DNA of 64,000 nt from an uncultured Nitrososphaerota archaeon (GCA_963718895.1 CAVRAG010000008.1:1248001-1312000); one strand, 5' to 3'; shown: positions 19,409 through 30,861, numbered from the stretch's first letter. The notes: a model not told the origin generated them from the letters alone. A program made the numbers and translations.

Positions 19409-19992
19409 GTCGGCAGGACCGCCTCGTCCCAGCGCGTGACGTGCACGTGCGCCTCCTTTCGTGGCGCCTCCGGAACCTGGATGCCGTCGTAACCGAGGTC
19501 GGCCTGGAGCTGATCCCTGTAGACCGTCCAGCTCGTGATAGCCTCGACGAGGAGCGTTGAAATCTCGACCACATCGTCGTCAGATGAGTCTATCGCTCCC
19601 GCCTCGTTCCGAACAGCCGCGATCGTCCTGTCGAGGTTCCCCGCATAGATGTCGGGCTCGCCTGAGCTCGCCTCGACCTGACCTAGCTTTATCTGGAAAT
19701 CCATCCTCGTGGTCGTGTTCTTCTTGGGCGATGTCGTGAGTGTGATGGCCCCCTCCTCGTCCCTGACCATCAGGTAGACCGACGGCTGATTCTCGAACCA
19801 GTCCTTGAACGCGGCCGCGTCGAACGTCATGCTGAAGCTTCCTGACGCGTCCAGCCCCGACTTTCCCAGTCTGTCGTCAGGATGACCAAAGATGCCTGGG
19901 TCCTTGTCGAACGCCTGGACGACGTATCCTTTGCTTGTCGTCCCGTCGCTCTCCCTCACCCTCCCCGTAATCCTGTAGTTTCCCGCGGACAA
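19405..19992 (-). CDS. Hypothetical protein with N-terminal transthyretin/prealbumin-like beta-sandwich
   Basis: YRITGRVRE...VQAFDKD...DDRLG...GSFSMTF...PSVYLMV pattern; stop overlaps the GMC start. Confidence 0.6.
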   Translation of the reverse strand: MSAGNYRITGRVRESDGTTSKGYVVQAFDKDPGIFGHPDDRLGKSGLDASGSFSMTFDAAAFKDWFENQPSVYLMVRDEEGAITLTTSPKKNTTTRMDFQIKLGQVEASSGEPDIYAGNLDRTIAAVRNEAGAIDSSDDDVVEISTLLVEAITSWTVYRDQLQADLGYDGIQVPEAPRKEAHVHVTRWDEAVLPT

Positions 19993-20140
19993 CCCGGGTA
20001 TTCAAGCAGAAGAAGCATGTGGTCATAGTTATGCGTTGCGCTGGTGGATTCCGCGGAGTCATACCGCGGCTTCGGACCGTCTTGGGCCAAAGGGCACCGC
20101 ATCCCCTATATGTCCAACCAGAGTGGAGCGGCTGGAGACC

Positions 20141-21010
20141 ATGCTCGTAGAGACCTTCGAATACGCCGTGAACAACAGGGAGCAGATCCTCTCGAAGATC
20201 GACTTCAGGGAACACGAAGCGGCAATCAGGAAGGCCGGCGAGCTCTGGACCGACTACGACCCGTCGGGGGGCCCCTCGTCGGCCAGGCTGGTCGGGATCG
20301 ACAGCAGCTGGAACTTCATGCCCTATCAGGGGTTCTATGTCTACGCGGTCGACGCCGTCTCCGTCCAGGGCGACGGGTCTTGCCTGGTCCCGCCCCTCTA
20401 CGACGTGGGTCTGAGCACGCTGCAGGTCAAGTCGGGCGAGGAGTACATCAACAGCCCCCAGCTCGCCCTCGAGAGCATAGGAATGGACTATGAGTTCGAG
20501 CAGGCAAAGAGCTGTTCAGGGAAGGCGGACTACACGCTGGTGGACGGGTCCCTGCTCGCCAGGTACTACGACCGGAAGAGGAGGAAGGAGCGCTCATTCT
20601 ACGACACCGCGAAGGAACTCATCAAGCAGCAGGGCACCCTGTACATCAGCAAGAAGTCGTTCAGCAACGTAGCGCTCGGAGGGGGACTCGGCGACATGTT
20701 CTACTTCAACAGAATCTCCTCCCGTCCCGGATACTCGGCACCTTTCCTGGACAGGAGTGGGGTCAGCGTAAGCTACCTACGTCTCGCGGAAGACACCCCG
20801 TGCATAAAACTCGAGATTCCTGGGCCGGCGGAGAAGCCCGACATCGAGAGGCTGATGGGGTTACTGGACCGAGACAGCGTCGACGGATACCCCTACGTTC
20901 TTAGACTCGCTCACGAGAAGGGCAAGATCAGTCACGAGGAGATGGAGAAGATGGCGAACATGCTCGGCTTGCAGGTGGAGTTCGGGGGTAGACAGGTGCT
21001 TGGAGAGTAA
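20141..21010 (+). CDS. nurA: DNA double-strand break repair nuclease NurA
   Basis: GIDSS, VDGSL, ISKKS, GYPYVLRLAHE; first gene of the DSB repair operon. Confidence 0.9.
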   Translation: MLVETFEYAVNNREQILSKIDFREHEAAIRKAGELWTDYDPSGGPSSARLVGIDSSWNFMPYQGFYVYAVDAVSVQGDGSCLVPPLYDVGLSTLQVKSGEEYINSPQLALESIGMDYEFEQAKSCSGKADYTLVDGSLLARYYDRKRRKERSFYDTAKELIKQQGTLYISKKSFSNVALGGGLGDMFYFNRISSRPGYSAPFLDRSGVSVSYLRLAEDTPCIKLEIPGPAEKPDIERLMGLLDRDSVDGYPYVLRLAHEKGKISHEEMEKMANMLGLQVEFGGRQVLGE

Positions 21011-22508
21011 CGCCGACCCGCTGGGGATCGTAGTAGGCCAGACGAAACCGCACTACTTCCGCTTCCTCGCGAAGAGAGCGATCAGCATGGGAGAGTACGT
21101 CACGGTGGGCTCGCCTGCGGGGACGATACTGGGGCTGACGGAGGACAGCACCACTAGGAGCGACCTCCTCGACAAGATGTCGGACTTCCCTACGGCTCTC
21201 GAGGCGAGGAGGGTCGCGGTCAAGAACTCGCGGGATAAGTCCTACAACGCGTCGGTGAAGGTCGTCGGCCTCCTGGACCACCTGAGGAACGGGAAGGTTG
21301 TGTTACCTTCTCTACCTCCGGAGCCCGGAAGCGAGGTCTTCGAGGCAAAGGCTGACGAGATAAGCGACATTTTCGACAGAAAGGAGAGAGAGTGGGTCCA
21401 GATTGGGAGGCTCTTGCGGAACACGGACGTCAGGGTCTCTGTCAACGTAGACAAGGTCGCGTCGCGACATCTCGCGATCCTCTCGGTCACCGGAAGCGGC
21501 AAGTCGAACCTCCTGGCGCTCATGGTCAAGCAGGTGGCCCTCCTGCAGGGGACCATGATAGTCTTCGATTACCACGGTGAGTACTCCGAGCTGGACATCA
21601 AGGGTGTGGTCCATGCCGAAGGAAAGATCAACCCGCGTTTTGTCAACTCAGAACAGCTGGCAGACCTCTGCGACATGCGGGGGAACGCCGACGTCCAGCG
21701 TACGGTGCTCGGGATGGCCTTCACGGAGGAGGTCAGGTCCTCCTTCAAGTTCTGGGACACCCTGCTCCAGAACGTCCGTGACATAGGGGAGAAGCAGAAG
21801 CATCATGCGCGCGCTGCGGCCAGGGTCGAGGACATCATACAGGTTGCAGTTAAGCGGATGCGGGCGGTCGTCGACCCGGGAGTGGGGGACGTGCTCGACC
21901 AGATCAAGCCGTCCAGGGTCAACATCCTGAACATGCTGGAGTTCACCGAGAGGCAGGCCAACGCCGCCATATCATACTACCTCGAGGAGATACTCGACGA
22001 CAGGAAGCGCGCGATGCGGAGCCGGGGCGAGGAGACGAAAATCAGATTCAAGACTCCCATAATCTGCGCCATAGAGGAGGCCCACGCCTTCATTCCGGCT
22101 GACCAGAACACAGACACAGCCTACATAGCCTCGAAGGTCGCCCGCGAGGGAAGGAAGTTCGGGATGTCCCTCATCGTCGTGTCGCAGCGCCCGAGACGGG
22201 TCAGCCAGGACGTCCTCAGCCAGATGGGGTCGTTCGCGATAATGAAGCTGACTAACCCGGAAGACCAGGCGCACGTCACGGAGGCGAGCGAGGCGATATC
22301 AGAGGACCTGCTGCGCAACCTTCCCTCGCTCAACACCGGGGAGGCGGTGCTTCTCGGGGAGTGGGTGAACATCCCCGCAGTCGTCAAGCTCGACCTGGTC
22401 ACCGAGAAGAAGACGGGCTCGGACATCAGCGCCACGGCTCTCTGGGCGGGCCAGCAGGCGATGAGCCAGGTCGCCCGGGAGAGCACCAAAGGCTTCATGG
22501 TGGAGTGA
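21000..22508 (+). CDS. herA: HerA helicase/translocase
   Basis: HAS barrel, RHLAILSVTGSGKS Walker A, FDYHGEY, IEEAH, AREGRKFG, SQRP. Confidence 0.95.
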   Translation: MESNADPLGIVVGQTKPHYFRFLAKRAISMGEYVTVGSPAGTILGLTEDSTTRSDLLDKMSDFPTALEARRVAVKNSRDKSYNASVKVVGLLDHLRNGKVVLPSLPPEPGSEVFEAKADEISDIFDRKEREWVQIGRLLRNTDVRVSVNVDKVASRHLAILSVTGSGKSNLLALMVKQVALLQGTMIVFDYHGEYSELDIKGVVHAEGKINPRFVNSEQLADLCDMRGNADVQRTVLGMAFTEEVRSSFKFWDTLLQNVRDIGEKQKHHARAAARVEDIIQVAVKRMRAVVDPGVGDVLDQIKPSRVNILNMLEFTERQANAAISYYLEEILDDRKRAMRSRGEETKIRFKTPIICAIEEAHAFIPADQNTDTAYIASKVAREGRKFGMSLIVVSQRPRRVSQDVLSQMGSFAIMKLTNPEDQAHVTEASEAISEDLLRNLPSLNTGEAVLLGEWVNIPAVVKLDLVTEKKTGSDISATALWAGQQAMSQVARESTKGFMVE

Positions 22509-22518
22509 CAGAGGGCCG

Positions 22519-23686
22519 ATGCTCATCCTCCATACCTCCGACACCCACCTCGGCTACGCGCAGTTCGACCTCGAGGAGAGGGAGAAGGACGTCTACGACG
22601 CGTTCTCCGAGGTCATCGAGACGGCCGTCAAGGACAGGGTGGACGCCGTCGTGCACGCAGGGGACATATTCCACATCCCGAAGCCAGCGGGCAGGCCGCT
22701 GGTCAGGCTCGGGGAGGGGATCAAGACCCTGCGCGAGAACGGCATCAGGTTCTACTTCACGCTCGGAGAGCACGACATCCTCAGGATGCGGGGGACGCCC
22801 TCCGCCCTCCTGTTCCAGAAGCTGGGTCTCGCAACCTACGTCGGCGACGGAACCCCGGTGATAGACGGGGACCTGATGATTGTTGGGTTCCACAAGAGGA
22901 GGAACGTCGAGATAGAGGAGCTCTTCCGAGGCTTCGCGGCAGGCTGACCAGGCCGCGAAGGACCACCCTGAGAAGAAGAGGGTCGTTGTCATCCACCAGG
23001 GGCTCAAGGAGTTCCATCCTTTCGGAGAGGAGATCACCGTGAACGACCTGCCCCGGAACTTCGACTACTACGCGATGGGGCACCTCCACGACCACGACGA
23101 GAGGCGATTCGAGCGGCTCGCAGGGCCCGGTCTGCTATCCCGGGTCGATCGACCCCACGCTCCTCGGAGGGGATCAAGGAGTTCAAGAAGGGATTCTACC
23201 TGGTCGACCTCTCCGGTTCGGAGACAAAGCCTGAGTGGGTCGGGCTGAAGTCGTCGCGCCAGCAGTTCAGGTTCGACGTCGAGTACGAAAAGCTCCGGGA
23301 GGACGATTGAGGGGATCAAGAGGAAGATCGAGCGAGAAGTCGCTCGAAAAGAAACCTGTCGTGCTGGTGAGGGTGAAGGGCGAGGAGATTGACAACGCGC
23401 AGGGTCTCGGCCGCGGTGTCCGGCCTGAGGGACCTCTGCCTCTACCCGGACTGGGAACCGATACTCACCGATGGAGTTGCGGGACAGCAGGTCCTGACTG
23501 AGAGACCCGGTGATGTACAGGAGGAGATGCTCCGATTGGCGACGGACGGCCCTAGGAGACGAGGATAGAGCGAGGTTTGCCGTGAGAGAGCTTCTCCCAC
23601 TCCTGGAGAGGGGTGAGAACGAGGAGGCCCTCGACCTTGTGAACAAGGCTTTCGAGGCCTCGCGCTTCAGGGGGGCGGTCCGGTGA
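22519..23686 (+). CDS. mre11: Mre11 nuclease (about 7 single-base insertions, probably sequencing errors)
   Basis: HTSDTHLG, HAGDIF, GEHD, IHQG, YAMGHLH, CYPGS across frames; TGA at 23684-23686 overlaps the rad50 start. Confidence 0.9.
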
Positions 23687-26200
23687 TAAAGAACGTAGTC
23701 CTCGCGAACTTCATCTCCCATGGTAAGACCACCCTCCCGCTCAGGGACGGGATTACCGTCTTCGTTGGAAAGAACGGGGCGGGCAAGTCCTCAGTCATAG
23801 ATGGGATAACCTACGCTTTCTACGGCAAGCACTCGCGAGGCGACAACGCAGGCCTGGTGAAGGAACGAGCCGAGAACGCGTCTGTGACGGTCGACTTCTC
23901 CTCGGGAGGGAAAAGGTATAGGGTCCAAAGGGTGCTTAACAAGAAAGGGCAGCTGGAGCGGTCCCTCCTTGTCGAGCAACTCGCGGGAGGCGATGTAAGG
24001 CAGCTCGCGGCGGGAGAAAGGAAGCAGTTCGGTGAATCGATGACAGGCGAGATCGCCAAGATTCTCGGTCTGAACTACGAGCAGATGATAGTCGCAGGGA
24101 TAATACAGCAGGGGGAGCTGGACTCCATCGTCGATCTGAAGGCAAAGGACCTGAAGGACCTGGTGAACAGCGCCATAGGGATAGACAGGCTCGACGCGGC
24201 CTATGACTCGATGCGCGACGTCACAGACTCCTTCCGCGCGGTCGTCAGGAACAAGTACGGCTACGACGACCAAGACCTCCCGAATATCGTCAGCGAGATT
24301 GCGGAGACCGAGACAGCCCTCCAGACGAGCCTGTCCGAGCTCGGGAAGGTGGAGTCGGAGCTGGCTGTGCTGAAGGAGGATGAGAGAGTCCTGGAGAACG
24401 AGGTGGCCCTGCTCGAGCCTATGAGGCAGAAGGCCGCGCTCATGCGCCAAAGGTTCGACGAGCTCGTGGAGTACGTGGACGGCAAGAAGAGGGAGCTGGC
24501 GGAGGAGAAGGCGGATCTCGAGTTAGAGGTCGCATCGGCGCGGAAATTCCTGACGCTGCTCAAGGGTGAGAAAGTCCTCGGCGAGAGGGAGAGGGAAGCA
24601 CTCAAAGCGCGGAACGACAATGAGACGTCCTTGAACGACCTGTCTGGTAGGATAGGGGAGCTCGAAGCCCTCAGGGGGAGGCCAAGGGAGCTCGCAGGCG
24701 CCATCAAAGAGTGCAGAGAGGCTCTTCTAATCTTGCGCAAGGCAGACTCGATTACGGAGGGATTTGAGGCAGCGGAGACGCTTAACAGCCGACTCGATGC
24801 CGAGTCTGCGCTCGTGCAGAGTGAGATAGGGAAGCTTGAGGGGAACGAGGAGACAGCCCAGAAGCTCGTCTTCAGGGATCACATCTGCCCGATATGCGGG
24901 AGTCACGTGGAGAAGATCAACGAGCTCTTCGACGCCAAAGTTCTGGAGGTACATCTGAGCGAGAACCGCGCAAGAATCAAGCAGCTCGGGGAGGAGAAGC
25001 GGAAGGCGGACATCGAGTTCAAGCGCCTCCAGGAGCAGAGGGTGGCACTGGAGAGGGCTTCAGGGCTCTTGGACCGACACCAGGTGTCGGGTGGGGGCGA
25101 CGTCGAAAAGCTCGAGGCAGAGAAGAAGGAGCTGGAGTCGAAGTTGCTGGGTCTGCCGAAGTTGAAGCAGGACCAAAAGTCTGCAAGGGAGGGGAAGGAT
25201 AAGGCGGATGGGGAGCTCGCCGAACTGAGACGCCTAAGCGACGAGCTAGTCAAAGCCAGAGCATTTTTGGCCGACCACAAGATTTCCGCTTCGGATGACG
25301 TGCAGAAGCTCGCAGCAAAGATTGACGCTCTCGAAAGGACCATTGGTTCCATCCCAAAAGACATCCGGAAGACGCTGAAGACCGGAGACCTTGGCGCGCT
25401 CGCGTCGCTTTCGGTCGACGAACACTCTGCACGGCTGGGCGAGCAGGTGCGGGACCTGAGTGCCGAGGCTGAACGCTTCGACGAGAAGGCGTTCTCTGCC
25501 AAGGTGGCCGAGCGGAACGAGATTACAAAGGTTCGCATTCCGAAGAAGAGTATTGAGGAGGGCCGCGTGGAAGAACGGGAAGGAGAAAGCGGAGAAAAGT
25601 CTGGAGGTCCTGAGGAAGGCGGCGGTCGACCTGCAACAGGTCTCAGAATACCTGAATCTCCTCGAGAGAATCCGGAGCAGGGTATACCACAGGGACGGGG
25701 GCGTATCCAGGAGCGTGAGGTCTTGGGCCCTGACCCAGCTCAGCAAGAAGGCTTCGGAATACGCCCGCCTCTTCGAGATAGGCGTATCCAGCATCATGAT
25801 AAAGGAGACCGGTAGGGACATGGAGATCGACTGCTACGGACCGAGGGGGCACGTGAGGACGAGCTCGATGAGCGGCGGGGAGAAGGTGGCCATAGCCCTG
25901 GCGCTTCGCTTCGCGCTCGCCTACGTGATGGGCGGCTACAAGCTCGATTTCATCATACTCGACGAGCCTACCGTGCACCTTGACGCCGAGAGGAAGGCCA
26001 AGCTGGTCAACATAATATCGCGCCTGGGAGGAGAGGAGAGCCCGCTCAAGCAGATAGTGATCATCACGCACGACAGCGAGATATTCGACAATGCCGACGT
26101 CGACGAGGTCTGGAGGTTCGAGTCGGCCGCGGATGGGTCTCACGTCACGAAGGGGCTGGGGGAAGAGGTTCCGCAGGGTTTAGGCGTCTCGTCGCAGTAG
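23683..26200 (+). CDS. rad50: Rad50 ATPase (one +1 frameshift near 25576)
   Basis: GKNGAGKSS Walker A, QQGE, CPICG zinc hook, MSGGEK signature, LDEPTVHLD, ITHD. Confidence 0.93.
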
Positions 26201-26232
26201 AGACGTTTAAGAATCCGGACCAGCTCAAAGGG

Positions 26233-27558
26233 ATGATTCAACTGCCCAGGAGGATTACTTGGCTCTCAAACGTGATGGCCGCCGAGGCCATCGGCTTCGA
26301 GGAGAAGGGCGCCAGGTCCATCGAGGTCGTCGAGAATCCTCCAGCCTGGATGTGCCTCCAGTGCCGAGGGGCGAAGCTGCTCTGCGGCAAGCCGCGCTGT
26401 CCGATAATCGTGAAGGCTCAGTCGATGGGGAGGGTAGGCGACGCTCCTTACTCGGACGTGATCTCAGGATCGTCGCCTCCGGGCGTCTTCGTTGGGAGGC
26501 TAGGGTATCCGAAGGTATCGATAGGACCTATGGTGCCGGCACAGTACGGAGACACGACGGTGCTGGACACGCCCGAGCAATGGCTGGGGAGGCCCATCGA
26601 CACCATAATCGACTACCGCTACTCGCTGGTGAGAGGCAGCACCAGAGCCCTCGTCGAGGACGCGGCGAAGCCCGGCTCGGCGCTGCAGAAGCTCCAGGAG
26701 CTCTCGATGGCCGCGCGTCCCGTCGACTCCGAGCTGAGGCTATCGAGGCACCCGAGAAAGATGCTGACGCTGAGCGAGGACTCGCAGCCCTACGGGCCGT
26801 CGGCACCCACGGAGAACTTCAAGACAGGGAACGTCTCGGTCGACAAGAGGATCGAGAAGGCATACTACGACAGAGACCTCAAGGCCTCGGACGCGATCTT
26901 CTCGCTCTACAGGGACGGCGCGATCGTCACCAGGCTCCAGCGCGCGCTCAGCATAGGGATGTTCGGAGAGGGCCATCGGAGGAAGCTCGTGCCCACTCGG
27001 TGGTCCATCACCGCCGTCGACAGCGGGATCAGCCTCAGGCTGCTCGAGAGGGTGAAGACCTACCCGACCATCGACGACTACAGGGTGTACAGGTACAGCG
27101 TCTACGACAACCAGTACGTCGCCATCCTGCTCCCCGAGCCGTGGAGGTTCGAGTGGATCGAGGCGTGGTTCCCAAACACGACCTGGAACCAGTACACCAA
27201 CGAGCCCTACATGATCGGCGACTTCGAGGAGCACTTCGGGAGGAAGACCTACGCCAAGGTTGGAGGGTGCTACTACTCGACGAGGCTCGCAGTGGCCGAG
27301 GAGCTCGAAAAGGAGAGGAAGCAGGCAGCGGCGATAGTGCTCAGGGAGACGTACCCGGGATACCTGATCCCGCTGGGGGTCTGGAACGTAAGGGAGAGCA
27401 TCAGGGCGCTCATGAAGGAGGAGCCGCAGAGGTTCGACACCTTCCGGGGTGCTCTCGACGCTGCTCTGAGCCAGATGTCTATCAGCAAGAAGAAGTGGTC
27501 GGGCACGTCGGTCCTGATCTCGAGGGAACTGACGCAGACGAAGATCACGGCCTACTGA
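26233..27558 (+). CDS. nreA: DNA repair protein Nre
   Basis: CLQCRGAKLLCGKPRCP, GSSPPGVFVG, LVPTRWSITAVD, GGCYY, PLGVWNVRE, C-terminal PIP box QTKITAY. Confidence 0.93.
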   Translation: MIQLPRRITWLSNVMAAEAIGFEEKGARSIEVVENPPAWMCLQCRGAKLLCGKPRCPIIVKAQSMGRVGDAPYSDVISGSSPPGVFVGRLGYPKVSIGPMVPAQYGDTTVLDTPEQWLGRPIDTIIDYRYSLVRGSTRALVEDAAKPGSALQKLQELSMAARPVDSELRLSRHPRKMLTLSEDSQPYGPSAPTENFKTGNVSVDKRIEKAYYDRDLKASDAIFSLYRDGAIVTRLQRALSIGMFGEGHRRKLVPTRWSITAVDSGISLRLLERVKTYPTIDDYRVYRYSVYDNQYVAILLPEPWRFEWIEAWFPNTTWNQYTNEPYMIGDFEEHFGRKTYAKVGGCYYSTRLAVAEELEKERKQAAAIVLRETYPGYLIPLGVWNVRESIRALMKEEPQRFDTFRGALDAALSQMSISKKKWSGTSVLISRELTQTKITAY

Positions 27559-27595
27559 ACGTTCATAGACCGGCGCCGCCAAGGGAGGGCTTAGC

Positions 27596-28304
27596 ATGAC
27601 CAAGCCCCTGTACTGGGAGGACATGTACACCAGAGAGTTTGATGGCAAGGTGCTGTCGGTCGAAGGCAACAAGGTGGTCCTGGACCAGACCGCCTTCTAC
27701 CCGAGGGGCGGAGGCCTGGTCTCGGACACAGGCAAACTGGGGGCGGCGACGGTCACGGAGGTCGTCAAGGAGAACAACGAGGTCGTCCACGTGGTCGACC
27801 ATCCAGAGCTCCTGAAGGTTGGCGAGGCCGTGCACGGCTCGATAGACTGGGACAGGCGCTACAGCGTGATGAGGATGCACACGACGGCCCACATACTCTG
27901 CGCCATAGTGAACAGGGAGACCGGTGCGCTGATCACGGGCAACCAGATCAGTCCAGACGAGTCGAGGATCGACTTCAACCTCGAACAGTACGACAGGGAG
28001 AAGATCTCTGACTACGTGAAGGCCGCGAACGACGTCGTTGCGCGCGGGTCTCGAGGTGAAGAGCTACTTCATGAACAGGGAGGAGGCGCTCAGGATGCCA
28101 GGCCTCGTCAAGCTCGCAAACGCGCTCCCGCCTTCGGTCGACGTGCTCCGCATAGTGCAGATAGGCGACGTCGACACCCAGGCCGACGGAGGCGTCCACG
28201 TCGGGAACACAAGGGAGATTGGCGAGATCATCGTGAACAGGGCCGAGAACAAGGGCAAGAACAACCGGAGGCTGTACTTCTCGCTAAAGCAGCCTGCTAG
28301 CTAG
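27596..28304 (+). CDS. alaX: Alanyl-tRNA editing protein AlaX (one +1 frameshift near 28048)
   Basis: LDQTAFYPRGGG, MRMHTTAH, QADGGVHV, NKGKNNRRLY. Confidence 0.92.
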
Positions 28305-29187
28305 TGAGGTACAGAAGCGCTACGACGCCGGAGATCAGCGAGATCACTCCGATGACGTGATTTATCTCGAGTCTCTCTTTCAATAACACTATCGCGTAGG
28401 CGACCGTGACGGCAGCTGAGATGCCCCCGAAGGTCGCGAGGATCGGGACGGTCGCCGGGGACGGCGCTATAGTAACCCCGAGGCTGAATATCACGAGCCC
28501 GATGGTCTCGAGGGAGGCCATGACCAGGACCGTGCGGACCCATCCTCCTGACGGACGGGGGAACTTCGGCTTGATGACCGGGATGAGGGCGACCCCAACG
28601 GCGGCTCCTCCGAGCCTCACCGCTACGGCGGGGAGAAGGTACCCGATATGCTGGGTGGCGTATCCGAAGGAGGCCCACGACACTCCGAAGAAGATTGCGG
28701 CGAGGAAGGCCGAGCCGACGCCCGGGGCGAGGGGCTGGTTGCGCGTGAAGATCCTCCTCCGGAGGTCGGAGAGGCTCGTCGAGACCAGTACTATTCCGGC
28801 GATGATCACTCCGAGGGCAACGATCGCCCCTGTCGAGAAAGTCACGCCGAGGAAGACCACGGACATCGTCACCGAGACGGCTGGGAAAGAGTTCACTATG
28901 GGGGCAGTCAGCGAGAGCATGCCTCTGTTGTAGGCCCTGTAGAGCGAGGCGAAGGAGAGGAAGGTCGTGACCGCTATGAAGACCAGCACCGCAGCGAAGA
29001 ACGTCGAAATCTCAAAGTCTGACGATAGTATCAGTCCAGGGATGAGCGCGCCCACCCCGCTGAGAGCGAGGACGTAGATCGTCGTCCTGTACGGACCAAT
29101 CTTGGTCGTGACTCCCTTGGAGAGGAAGTCGGATGTGCCGAAGGAGAAGGCCATCACGATGCCTAGGAGGAATGGGATGATGTTCAA
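28297..29187 (-). CDS. EamA/DMT family transporter
   Basis: Two repeats of about 5 TM helices, FGTSDFLSK, LKERL. Confidence 0.88.
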   Translation of the reverse strand: MNIIPFLLGIVMAFSFGTSDFLSKGVTTKIGPYRTTIYVLALSGVGALIPGLILSSDFEISTFFAAVLVFIAVTTFLSFASLYRAYNRGMLSLTAPIVNSFPAVSVTMSVVFLGVTFSTGAIVALGVIIAGIVLVSTSLSDLRRRIFTRNQPLAPGVGSAFLAAIFFGVSWASFGYATQHIGYLLPAVAVRLGGAAVGVALIPVIKPKFPRPSGGWVRTVLVMASLETIGLVIFSLGVTIAPSPATVPILATFGGISAAVTVAYAIVLLKERLEINHVIGVISLISGVVALLYLTS

Positions 29188-29328
29188 TTCGATCTGTCTA
29201 GCGGAACAGATTCCGCGTTCACCGTCCCCCCTGCACCCTGTTATTATCGATTCAGCGGTTCTCCCTCAGGAATCGTCGCCAGCCGCGCTGCAAACCTCTG
29301 GAAACCCCGCCCTCCGCGTGTTTTCACA

Positions 29329-30372
29329 CTAGAGAAGGCCCTTCAGATACGCGGCGATAGTGTCAGCACCGTGATAAGGTCGCGGCTCTGTCCTCCGGTC
29401 GAGGTATCTCGGTATCAGGCGGTCGAGGTGGTCGACATCCTCGGGACTGAATCCCAGAGCTGCCGCGTTCTTCTCCTGCTCGGAATGGTGCTTGATTGGG
29501 ATGGCAATAATCGGCGAGCCATAGCTGACGGCTTCGTCTATGGTGCTCTTGCCTGCCGTCGAGATGATGAGATCTGCCGCCGCGACGAAGTCCTGGTTGT
29601 CACGCTCGAGGCCGAGGTATCGCACCCCTTCCCTCGTCGGCCCTCCAGAGAGCCCGGTGACCACCAGAGCTGCGTCCGGCAGGTTCAACCTCCCGAGGGC
29701 GGCGAGAACCCGGTCCAAGAGGAAGTCCCCTATGCCGCTTCCACTTGCGCTGAGCAGGATCATCCTCACGCCCTCTCCTAACCCAAAGCCGGCCCTCACC
29801 TCTTCCCTGGTCCTTGTGATGGCCCGGACGACGGGTGATACGAAGTGTATGTTTCCGTGGTCCTCCCCGAAGTCGGGCACCAGTATGCTTGACACCTGGT
29901 TCTGGAGGCTCGTGTACCAGACTGCCACCTTCTTCTCGATGTAGCGCGAGAACCAGCTCGTTGCGAAGCCGAGCTCCAGCTCGTCCGATATCATCGCGTG
30001 GCGCATCCCCTTCTCGATGGCGATCGAGACACAGGAGAACTCCTCGTCCCCTACTATCAGGGCGGGTTTCAGCCCGCCGACCAGCGCCTCCATCCTCGAC
30101 TTCGAGGAGCGGTAGCCGGACCAGTATCGCATGTACCAGAGTGCAGGGTGCCTCATGACCCCGTCCCGCTCCGAAGGCGTCGGCTCCCTGACGATGTCTT
30201 CGACCCTGAACCCGTACGAGCCGAGGAACGCCGCCGCGTTCCCGCCGGTGGCGAAGACCGGCTCCAGGCCCTCCTCCCGGAGTTCAAGCCCCACAGCGGC
30301 CGCCCTTGACGCATGACCCAGGCCGATGGGGCTCACCCCATAGAGAATCTCGGTCAAGCGACTCGCGGCCAT
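29329..30372 (-). CDS. GT-B glycosyltransferase (GT28 C-terminal/MurG-like)
   Basis: GLGHASR, ADLIISTAGKSTIDEA, HHSEQEKNA. Confidence 0.85.
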   Translation of the reverse strand: MAASRLTEILYGVSPIGLGHASRAAAVGLELREEGLEPVFATGGNAAAFLGSYGFRVEDIVREPTPSERDGVMRHPALWYMRYWSGYRSSKSRMEALVGGLKPALIVGDEEFSCVSIAIEKGMRHAMISDELELGFATSWFSRYIEKKVAVWYTSLQNQVSSILVPDFGEDHGNIHFVSPVVRAITRTREEVRAGFGLGEGVRMILLSASGSGIGDFLLDRVLAALGRLNLPDAALVVTGLSGGPTREGVRYLGLERDNQDFVAAADLIISTAGKSTIDEAVSYGSPIIAIPIKHHSEQEKNAAALGFSPEDVDHLDRLIPRYLDRRTEPRPYHGADTIAAYLKGLL

Positions 30373-30460
30373 ACCAGGCTGCGTAATAAAATCAGCCTCC
30401 CGCGCTCGGCACCCGACACCGACACAACCGATAAGTAAAGCCGGGACGCGGGAAGGCGGG

Positions 30461-30844
30461 ATGAAGACGAGTTTCATCTACACCGGAATCAGAGTCAAGA
30501 ACATGAACGAGTCGATCGACTTCTACACGAAGGTCCTGGGGATGAAGCTCATCGGGCGGACCAAGATACCGATCGCGAAGGGCGAGGCCGCGAACCTGAT
30601 CACAGAGGGCGGCGAGTTCCCCCTGGAGCTGAACTATTACAGCAAGGCGAGCAAGTACGACTTGAGGTACACTGTGGGGGAGGGGCTCGACCACCTGGCA
30701 TTCGGGACCGACGACCTCGACGGCCTGATTGCCAAGGCGAACAAGATGGGTCATCCGACGATCGCCGAGATGAAGACGGAGACGAGCAGGTGGGTCTACA
30801 TCAAGGACCCCAACGGAATCTGGATAGAGCTGTGCAAGACCTAG
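30461..30844 (+). CDS. VOC/glyoxalase I family protein
   Basis: YTGIRVKNMNESIDFYTKVLG, LELNYY, DHLAF, DPNGIWIEL. Confidence 0.92.
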   Translation: MKTSFIYTGIRVKNMNESIDFYTKVLGMKLIGRTKIPIAKGEAANLITEGGEFPLELNYYSKASKYDLRYTVGEGLDHLAFGTDDLDGLIAKANKMGHPTIAEMKTETSRWVYIKDPNGIWIELCKT

Positions 30845-30861
30845 AGGCCCGGGCCCGCGGC

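Noticed and set aside
22519-26200. mre11/rad50 as pseudogenes or programmed frameshifts
   Set aside because: The same +1 insertion pattern occurs in unrelated essential genes, with no slippery-site consensus and intact motifs; most likely sequencing error.
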